Source of the DNA: Paramicrosporidium saccamoebae KSL3
Lineage: Eukaryota; Fungi; Cryptomycota
Direction: 5' to 3'
DNA length: 6,162 nucleotides
NCBI GenBank assembly: GCA_002794465.1
Contig: MTSL01000019.1
Location: 1 to 6,162 of the forward strand
Under the pieces are notes generated by a model that saw nothing but the letters and a program-made list of their open reading frames with translations, was not told where the DNA came from and ran no database searches. Positions 1 through 6,162 of this stretch are shown here, piece after piece (the first letter of the stretch is position 1; each line of letters starts with the position of its first letter). The position numbers were made by a program, and so were the translations under genes.

Positions 1-358
1 TTTTAGCGGATATCGACTAGCCTCGGTCCATCAGATCTTAGATTCTCAAAAAAACCTACCCGCCACCCTTCTCAGACGACCGCGTTATCAGGTGCCATGT
101 TAGCGCGCTGTGGTAGACTGAGTAGCAGGTCACTTGCCCAGAGCGTAAAGCCTAAGCCGGCCAACCATAGGTTCTCGCCTCTGATCTCCCCCTCACTGCC
201 CACTTTAAAAAAACGCCACCCAAGCTGCTGTGTGGTGAACCGATTCGCGTCAAGGAATGTCAACTCTAATACGTTTATCTCTCGATGTGACGCCGCGGAA
301 CACTAGCTACACCCGGATAGGTCGATCGACGCACCCAATTACGACGGAAAGACTTGTT

Positions 359-376
359 GAAATTTAATTTATAAAT
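359..376 (+). promoter_or_regulatory. AT-rich / TATA-like element upstream of the ankyrin gene
   Basis: GAAATTTAATTTATAAAT contains TATAAA (370-375), about 25-30 nt upstream of ATG 400. It marks an abrupt switch from the GC-richer 1-340 segment. Confidence 0.4.
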
Positions 377-399
377 GCTGACAGTGTTGTAATTGTACG

Positions 400-2298
400 A
401 TGAGACCCTTCGACGTATTCGATTGCGTTCCGTGGCCTATAACAATTTTACTTCTCCTGAACTGGACAGCCGACTGTGTCGTGGCCAGCTTGAGCAATGT
501 CAAGTCGGTGGAAATGGATACCGTTATCCAAATTGACCATCCACATTACTTGGACATTCCAGCACTCCATTCAAAACTGCTGGGGAGTATCGCTCGTGCG
601 AGCAATGGCCGTCCCCGGTTTCGTGAATATCCCCGTTTGACTTGGTGGATGACTGACAAGGAGATGCAAAATCCGGTGCACCAGGAGCTCGATGGCGACT
701 ACTCCGAGATCCTGCAGTGGATTTTACAATTTCCGATTTGGAATGTACAGAAACACTGGTTCTGGGTCAAGATCTATATGATGCCAGTCTTCGAACAAGA
801 AATTTGGGATCTACGGCAGTTTAGATGGAATATACTCTGGAAAGAAGTACTAAGGGAGGACGATTACGAGTTTTACAAGGTACTGCTTCATGAATCTTTC
901 CTCAATGAACTCTCCAAAGACAAGTTGTGCAGATATGTTATCAAGTTTGATGCGATCAGCATTCTCACCCATTTTCATCCCGGAATGTCTGGTGGTAATG
1001 TTGATTTGGTAATTAAGTATGCGCCACCACGCATCATTGAGCAGAGCATTGCCCCTCACAATGTTAAATCTGCAAAGATTCTTCAAAATCTCTTCCGTGT
1101 CGGCTACAGGGGAATCCCAACAATCTGTCTGGAATTAAAAGGCAGTCTGCTAAAAATCCATATCGAATGTGCGAGATGGCTCACCGAACACAATTGCCTG
1201 GAATTGCTACAAGACATGTTCCAGGAAAACCCCAGCTTCAAAAGCAGCTATCATGATCTTTACAATCACGCTATTGAGGAAGGCAGTCTTGACGTCTTAA
1301 AGTGGCTTCACGGGGAGATGGAGGTGCCAAGCCCAAGACTATATGCAGTGTATTTCGCCGTCATATCAGGGTGTTTAGAGGTCGTCAAGTGGGTATTCAA
1401 AGAGTTTGGGACCAAGATTAATTGGAATGACGTGATTGCTAAATCCTACAAGTTTGTTGACTCTCATCAAATCATCAGGTATCTCCAAGATGAGGCCAAG
1501 GCCATATCGCCACTTGAGGTAGACCTTGTGTTATCGGCAGCAAAAGGTCACTTGGAGGGATTGCAATCTAAATATACTGATTCGGAGGAAAATTTCCCAT
1601 GGCAAGATGTAGTAAATATCGCAGCTACTTGTGGACACGTTGAAATCCTCGAATGGGCCTATACCGAATCTAAAACTCTTCCAGACGATTATTCTGTGGA
1701 AGAAGGCTGTGAAAGGGGTAATTTTGCAGCTCTGCACAAAGTGTTTGAAATTCGCACCAGTCTAATGATGCCTGCAGATAGCTTGCCTCAAGTTGGCGAA
1801 AAGTGCATCCTCTACGCCATCACTCACGACAAGCAGGAGGAGCTGGAGTGGATATTGAAATTCCCCCTTGGAAATGTGCTGCCAAGTCTGAGTGACATTT
1901 ATTCTTTGCCAATTATTACAACCGATGGCACAATGCTGCGAGCCCTCAAATGGATTGCATCAATGGGCGCTACTATCAAGCTTGAACCGGAAATGCTTCA
2001 ACGTGCTGCTGACTGCGGCCATGTACAAGTTTTCCGATGGCTGTTCGAGCAAGGACTGTCTATAACTGCAGACATTGTAAAAGTGGCTGCAACGGGTAGT
2101 AGAATCGAAATTTTAAAGATGATACACGCAATTGATCCTGCATGGGTATGTAGTGTAGAGATTGCTAATGCAGCAACAAGAGGATCGGATTTGTGGAAGT
2201 ATGATGTCTTGGATTGGATGTGGAAGACGTGCGCGATACTTCCAGACGAGCTAGAGAACGACGCTATCAAAGAGTGGGTGGCAAACAGACACCGCTAA
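400..2298 (+). CDS. Ankyrin-repeat domain protein (degenerate AAxxGHxExLxWL-type repeats), 632 aa, possible N-terminal signal peptide
   Basis: Uninterrupted ORF from ATG 400 to TAA 2298. The C-terminal half (~1267-2230) carries repeated helix-G-helix units: HAIEEGSLDVLKWLHG, FAVISGCLEVVKWVFK, SAAKGHLEGLQ, IAATCGHVEILEWAY, EGCERGNFAALHKVF, RAADCGHVQVFRWLFEQG, VAATGSRIEILKMIH, AATRGSDLWKYDVLDWMW. They lack the canonical TPLH motif, as in the ankyrin-like proteins of oomycetes, amoebae, chytrids and giant viruses. I do not recognise the N-terminal ~280 aa. An alternative start at Met39 (514) is possible. Confidence 0.85.
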   Translation: MRPFDVFDCVPWPITILLLLNWTADCVVASLSNVKSVEMDTVIQIDHPHYLDIPALHSKLLGSIARASNGRPRFREYPRLTWWMTDKEMQNPVHQELDGDYSEILQWILQFPIWNVQKHWFWVKIYMMPVFEQEIWDLRQFRWNILWKEVLREDDYEFYKVLLHESFLNELSKDKLCRYVIKFDAISILTHFHPGMSGGNVDLVIKYAPPRIIEQSIAPHNVKSAKILQNLFRVGYRGIPTICLELKGSLLKIHIECARWLTEHNCLELLQDMFQENPSFKSSYHDLYNHAIEEGSLDVLKWLHGEMEVPSPRLYAVYFAVISGCLEVVKWVFKEFGTKINWNDVIAKSYKFVDSHQIIRYLQDEAKAISPLEVDLVLSAAKGHLEGLQSKYTDSEENFPWQDVVNIAATCGHVEILEWAYTESKTLPDDYSVEEGCERGNFAALHKVFEIRTSLMMPADSLPQVGEKCILYAITHDKQEELEWILKFPLGNVLPSLSDIYSLPIITTDGTMLRALKWIASMGATIKLEPEMLQRAADCGHVQVFRWLFEQGLSITADIVKVAATGSRIEILKMIHAIDPAWVCSVEIANAATRGSDLWKYDVLDWMWKTCAILPDELENDAIKEWVANRHR

Positions 2299-2450
2299 CA
2301 TAGAACCATTACACATTGCTGCTTGTACTGGATGAGGGGAGAACTCTTATTACCAGTGTATTGACTCGCCTCGAGCTCCTTTTTATCGCACCATAAATTC
2401 AATCGAGTTGCGCCGCATCAACCACCACCAGCCCACACTATATATTTACA
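2299..2450. terminator. Shared convergent 3'-end region (152 bp) between the ankyrin gene and NRDE2
   Basis: The stop codons face each other at 2298 (+) and 2451 (-). TATATAT at 2439-2445 resembles the yeast-type efficiency element and reads TATATA on both strands. No canonical AATAAA is visible. Confidence 0.35.
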
Positions 2451-4836
2451 TCAGGCACCGCCGGTAAATTCCTCAAGGAAGTGAGCCATACGGCATCCCT
2501 TTTCCTCTAAAAAATTCACCGTCTCCACAAAGTCCGCCTCGGAACAGCTGCCGATTCTGAATAGCGTGTATGCCGTATCCAAGACTGGATGCTTTAGAAA
2601 CGGAAAACTTTCAGCCAGCTGGTGCGCTGTAGTGGGATTGTGTGCCAATTCCCCACTGCATCTCAGTTTGAGCATTTGTAATTCATCCGAGGCAAAGCCG
2701 TGGTGGCCATTCGACAGCGCTTCTAGACGTACCGGAAGGGGCAAAGAGAGGACGACAAGCCTTGAAACAGTTGGTGGAAGATCCCAAAGTAGCTTGTACG
2801 CTTTTCGTGGCTCGTTGGCGACAATCTGTAAAATAATCCCAGGGTCAGAAATGGAGGACAGCAAAGACGCGTTTAAAGCTTTCTGTAGCTCCTTGTCGGC
2901 CATGACCACGGCCGAATTAAGAGCGGCTGCAGCAATCTTTTCAGGGGGCAACTGTAAAGAAGCTCGAAGGATGCATTTTAATGATAATCCCGCATTTCCT
3001 TCCTTGTCAAGAGTCTACAATTACAAATTACGTGCAAAAATCTACCTGCTCGGCAATCAATAATTGGTTCTTTGATAAAGTGTTCCTGTCAAAACCAAAG
3101 ACAGCCGAAGCGATGACACTAGCACATTCTTCCAAGCGTCTGTCGAGAATCAGCATCTCGCAGAGCGATAGACAGAGTAAAAGTAGGCCCTGTCTCGAGT
3201 TTATCAACCCGGAAGCGAGAAGCTTCCGTAACACCTTTTCCGCCCTTCTATCCTCTCTGGTCCATCTCAAATAGCGAACAAGCTCAAGCCACAATGGCCA
3301 ATTCAATGGCTCGGCTTTTAAAACTCCTTGCAAATAGGCCGCACCATCTTGACCTGCAAGATGTATAAACTGGGCTCTCCTGACGCGAAATTGAATAACA
3401 GAGCCGCAAAGCTGCTCAAAATCAATAAATAGCTGGCCAGCTAAAGCAACCATCCTCTCGCAGTGTGCTGCCATGTACATGTTTGCCTCTGGTCGAGTGT
3501 CCGAACATGATGTGCGCCACAGGTGGTCATGCGTAAACACCATTGCTTCAAGTGGGACATACCAGATGGATAAATTTGGCGGATTCTTCTCCTCAAAGTC
3601 TCCCACCCCTGTATAGACTCCCAGGAGATCTAGCGTGTACAAGAATAATTCAAACGTCGATCCTATAAAGTCTCGACAGAACCGCTTAATTAGTTGAACT
3701 GCTGCAAGATCTATCAAATCTTCCGGGTCCAAGCTGTAATCATTATTTACAATGTCTCGTTTTTCGGCAGCGTACCACTGACCTACCATGTCTCTGGGTG
3801 ACGCCATGGCACTCACGGTGCACGGATGTGTTGTCATAAGCGCATTCCACCTCTTTTCCCAATCTTCTGTGCTGTCTCTGTCCACAGTAATGGCATACAG
3901 AATTTGCAGTGCCGACTCGACATTTCCGCTACCGAGGAGCAGAAATAAGAGGTGCTTGATAATTACCAATCTGTCATTAACAGAAGCGACGACTGTTTCA
4001 TTTACAATGTCCAGGACTAGAGCCATCCAAAGATCAAGGGCCTTTTGCACTGTGAAAATTGAACAGCAATGTCTGTGAAAGAACATAATGTGGGCCCATC
4101 TCATTTCCCAGCTAGATCTGTGCTTCTCTAACACGATATTCCATAGCTCAAGTAGCTCTGAAGGAGAATAAAGCTCTCGCTCAAGTTGGAAAAAGTAATT
4201 CAACAGCGGTATTGAAGTAGGCATCTTTAGCAAGGCTGTCTGCAGGATGGAAATTTGCCGTTCGACAATTGCACGGCGCGAAACAAGGGGCTGATACTTA
4301 GGCTGGGCCCGTACAAGTTCGATCCATTTCTCGACATTTAATGGATCTCGTCTGACCGCCACATACAGGTCGCTGGAGAGTGGCGGTTCGGTAGACTCGG
4401 CAAATGCAATAAACGATTCTTGGTAAAAATTGGCATCGGGCTCAGCGTTGTTAGGGACACACTTGAGCCCTGCTCCAAAGTTGGCCTGTCGGTAGAATCG
4501 CGTCGAGCCACTGCACCTGGACCGCGACGCAAAGTCAAATTCCCCCGACTCGGTAATAAATATCTGTGCTTGCTCAGAAAGCCCTATGGCATATAGTGAA
4601 TCCATACTGTGTCGTGGCACAGTTTGCGGTGGTAGCTTGCAGTCAAACTGGAAAATTTCAAAATTTCCTCGGCGGTCCAGCGAGAATACATGGCCCAGCT
4701 CTTTAGTTCCTGGGTGCCTCGTCGGCTGCTTATCGTTTTTCTGACGCACAGGCACGTCAAGTTCTTTTCCCTTGTGGACTATTCGAGTTTGAGGAGCAGA
4801 TTTGAATGATGGAAATGCCGCTGGTCGGTCCCCCAT
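2451..4836 (-). CDS. NRDE2: NRDE2 / Nrl1 family nuclear RNA-processing factor, spliced: join(complement(3046..4836), complement(2451..3014)), 784 aa
   Basis: N-terminal AAFPSF matches the family 'FP(A/S)F' start. FSLDRRGNFEIFQF...VPRH resembles the MTR4-interacting region. DPLNVEKWIELVRAQP...ERQISILQTALLKMPTSIPLL...WNIVLEKHRSSWEMRWAHIMF...FTVQKALDLW is the start of the HAT-like NRDE-2 domain. The C-terminus of exon 2 (ESFPFLKHPVLDT...ETVNFLEEKGCRMAHFLEEF) resembles the family end (CPWxKxLYLD...DLMxEKELRxRxxLEE). Exon 1 is 1791 nt (597 codons). Exon 2 is 564 nt (187 aa + TGA) and is in frame with the 166-aa track ORF. An in-frame TAA lies three codons upstream of ATG 4836, which fixes the start. 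Family assignment is from recalled motifs, not a search. Confidence 0.85.
3015..3045 (-). other. Spliceosomal micro-intron (31 nt, phase 0) in NRDE2
   Basis: The minus strand reads CAG|GTAGATTTTTGCACGTAATTTGTAATTGTAG|ACT. It has GT..AG ends, is T-rich, and has a branch-like TGTAAT just before the TAG. Removing it joins ...IAEQ to TLDKEGNAGLSLKCILRASLQLPPEK... in frame. Retaining it gives VDFCT-stop. Two other in-frame acceptors exist (AAG ending at 3003, 43 nt; TTACAG ending at 2952, 94 nt), so the 3' end is not unique. Confidence 0.7.
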
Positions 4837-4974
4837 GGACCATTACCAGGGACAATATCTTTATTTTAGCAAAGATCTATGGAATTTAGAGTGGTTCACT
4901 GTTTCCTCGCACAACACGTCAATCATGGCCCATAAATAGACGACATTTCATCACTGCAGTCAACACGCCGGGGC
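4837..4974. promoter_or_regulatory. Putative bidirectional promoter between NRDE2 and CEG1 (138 bp between start codons)
   Basis: The start codons diverge at 4836 (-) and 4975 (+). AT-rich elements: CATAAATA at 4931-4938 (about 40 nt before the CEG1 ATG) and CTTTATTTTAG at ~4859-4869 (about 25-30 nt before the NRDE2 ATG on the minus strand). Inferred from gene geometry; transcription start sites are unknown. Confidence 0.55.
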
Positions 4975-6162
4975 ATGGCGGCCAATGTTGAAGACTACTC
5001 GGAAGTACTGCTCTCCTTTGGAAACGCTGTTGAAGACCAAGAGTTTCTTAACGAGCTGCAGTTCAGGCTCTGGTCCGAATTGCTACAAAGGCCGACCAGA
5101 AATCTCCAGTTTCCTGGGTCTCAGCCGGTGAGCTTTGCTCGACAACACTTGGATGCACTCGAAAGGGAGGATTACTATGTTTGTGAAAAGAGCGATGGTG
5201 TTCGCTATCTCTTATATTACACATCGCCTTACGGTCGGCCTACTGCATATCTCATTGACAGAAATTTTAATTGTCGAGAGCTGTCGGGTCTTACATGTCC
5301 AGGCAAGATGAAAGGAACCATTCACACCGACACCCTTCTTGACGGCGAGCTCATATACGAGCGCAGTTCTGATGGCGGGGCATTTCACTTTCTCATTTTT
5401 GATGCATTGCTCATAAGTGGCGCCAACATTATGCGCCATCCACTTCCCAGGAGATTGCAATATGTACAAAATGATGTGGTTGCTCCGCTAAAGGCCAAAC
5501 TACAAGGCGATGTGGGTTTTGCATATCCCTTCAAGCTGGACATGAAGTCAATGTCAAAACCTTATGCAATCGCGCAGATCCTTGAACTCGAGATTCCCCA
5601 ACAACAACATGGCAACGACGGCCTCATTTTCACCCCCGTCTCTGATCCTTACATCTCGGGCACCTGCGAGCGTCTGCTCAAATGGAAGCCATCAGAGCTC
5701 AATTCAGTCGATTTCAAGTTGATCATCAATGCCAAAGCTTCAGCTGGCAAAACATATGAGCTCCATGTAGCATCGCGCGATTCTCATCGATTTTTTGGCT
5801 ATCACAGGCCGGACGAGAAGCTGGACCAATTTGATCAGACTGTCATTGAATGCCGCTATTGCCCTGATGAAGAAGAATACCATTGGGAATACATTAGAAA
5901 TCGTCTAGACAAAAATTCGGCCAATTATGAAAGAGTTGTGGACAAGATTGTTGAGAGTATCAAAGACAATGTAACCTCACAGGAACTGATTGAACGAATC
6001 CCAGCCATTAGAAGGGCATGGAAGGCCCGAGAAGCCAGAGGAGTTAAAGAGGTTAGAGGGGTTAGAGAGGTCAAAGAGATCAAAGAGGTCAGAGAGGTTA
6101 GAGGGGTTAGAGATCCTCGAGATAACCGAGAGGTCCAAGATCCTCGAGATAACCGAGAGGTC
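4975..6162 (+). CDS. CEG1: mRNA capping enzyme, guanylyltransferase (alpha subunit, Ceg1-like), 3'-partial (>396 aa)
   Basis: Hand translation from ATG 4975 (MAANVEDYSEV...) is stop-free to the window end. It has FPGSQPVSF and all six nucleotidyltransferase motifs: I EKSDGVRY (Lys at 5188-5190), III DGEL (5341-5352), IIIa FLIFD (5389-5403), IV HGNDGLIFTP (DGLIF 5617-5631), V LLKWKP (KWKP 5680-5691, followed by NSVDF) and VI RNRLDKNSAN (RLDK 5902-5913). There is no N-terminal triphosphatase domain. The gene is absent from the supplied ORF track. Confidence 0.95.
   Translation, partial: MAANVEDYSEVLLSFGNAVEDQEFLNELQFRLWSELLQRPTRNLQFPGSQPVSFARQHLDALEREDYYVCEKSDGVRYLLYYTSPYGRPTAYLIDRNFNCRELSGLTCPGKMKGTIHTDTLLDGELIYERSSDGGAFHFLIFDALLISGANIMRHPLPRRLQYVQNDVVAPLKAKLQGDVGFAYPFKLDMKSMSKPYAIAQILELEIPQQQHGNDGLIFTPVSDPYISGTCERLLKWKPSELNSVDFKLIINAKASAGKTYELHVASRDSHRFFGYHRPDEKLDQFDQTVIECRYCPDEEEYHWEYIRNRLDKNSANYERVVDKIVESIKDNVTSQELIERIPAIRRAWKAREARGVKEVRGVREVKEIKEVREVRGVRDPRDNREVQDPRDNREV
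6025..6162 (+). repeat. In-frame 9-nt degenerate tandem repeat encoding x-[R/K]-[E/D/G] tripeptides, with higher-order 27-nt and 45-nt periods
   Basis: Translates as ARE ARG VKE VRG VRE VKE IKE VRE VRG VRD PRD NRE VQD PRD NRE V. The 25-nt string AGATCCTCGAGATAACCGAGAGGTC occurs exactly at 6111-6135 and 6138-6162. The 20-nt string GAGGTTAGAGGGGTTAGAGA occurs exactly at 6049-6068 and 6094-6113. The array continues to the window edge. Confidence 0.9.

Noticed and set aside
100-200. Fragments resembling SRP RNA (AGCAGGTCA), U3 (GAGCGTAAAG; AACGCGGTCGTCTGAG on the minus strand) and U1 (GGCAG..GGGGAGATC)
   Set aside because: Each match is short and lacks the other obligatory elements (GNRA-capped helix 8, boxes A and C, ACUUACCUG), so no family call can be supported.
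72-306. ORFs 72..263 (-) and 97..306 (+)
   Set aside because: They are under 70 aa, overlap each other on opposite strands, and have no recognisable domain.
387-397. The 11-mer TTGTAATTGTA, shared between the ankyrin 5' leader and the 3' end of the NRDE2 intron
   Set aside because: Several 11-nt matches are expected by chance in 6 kb counting both strands. No AG follows it at 398, and a trial 21-nt intron there gave no useful frame.
850-2270. Minus-strand ORFs 850..1086, 1531..1737 and 1998..2270
   Set aside because: They are short antisense shadows within the ankyrin CDS, with no protein-like features.
2451-2951. The 166-aa minus ORF as a separate gene, or NRDE2 as a frameshifted pseudogene
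   Set aside because: Its 'start' is a TTG, the frame stays open up to 3014 just after a TAG acceptor, it encodes the NRDE2-like C-terminus, and a GT-AG intron joins it in frame.
2566-3274. Plus-strand ORFs 2566..3063 (165 aa) and 2981..3274 (97 aa)
   Set aside because: They are antisense shadows of NRDE2, Ser/Ala-rich, with no recognisable motifs.
4879-4974. Extra 5' exon for CEG1 (ATG 4879 with a 42-nt intron 4918..4959 removing the in-frame TAA)
   Set aside because: The donor GTCAAT is poor, and ATG 4975 already gives an N-terminus of normal length before FPGSQPVSF.
3788-5469. ORFs 3788..4078 (+), 4338..4538 (-) and 5212..5469 (-)
   Set aside because: They are nested in or antisense to well-supported NRDE2 and CEG1 coding sequence, are short, and carry no motifs.
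6043-6113. Telomere-like repeats (GGTTAG / GGGGTTAG) near the window end
   Set aside because: The period is 9 nt rather than 6, variation follows codon structure, the array is in frame with CEG1, and it grades into non-telomeric units.
400-6162. Giant virus (NCLDV) or endogenous viral element, suggested by ankyrin repeats next to an mRNA capping enzyme
   Set aside because: The middle gene is a eukaryotic NRDE2 with a GT-AG intron, and the capping enzyme has cellular fungal signatures (FPGSQPVSF, HGNDGLIFTP, KWKPxxxNSVDF). No viral core genes are present.

Overview
Very compact, gene-dense eukaryotic nuclear DNA with three genes and intergenic gaps of only 138-152 bp. (1) A 632-aa degenerate ankyrin-repeat protein with a possible signal peptide (400..2298, +). 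(2) An NRDE2/Nrl1 homologue (- strand) that the ORF track shows as two ORFs (3028..4836 and 2451..2951). These join in frame across a GT-AG micro-intron, most likely 31 nt (3015..3045), giving a 784-aa protein. (3) A stand-alone fungal-type mRNA guanylyltransferase (Ceg1-like; 4975..>6162, +) that the ORF track omits, presumably because it runs off the window. It ends in a charged tripeptide repeat tail. The tiny intron, tight packing and monofunctional capping enzyme suggest an early-diverging fungus or opisthosporidian (Rozellomycota / basal microsporidia-like); this is inference only. The most interesting signals are the stop-containing weak-donor micro-intron in a gene whose homologues promote splicing of short or weak introns, the NRDE2/CEG1 head-to-head pair, the repeat tail on the capping enzyme and a candidate secreted ankyrin effector.
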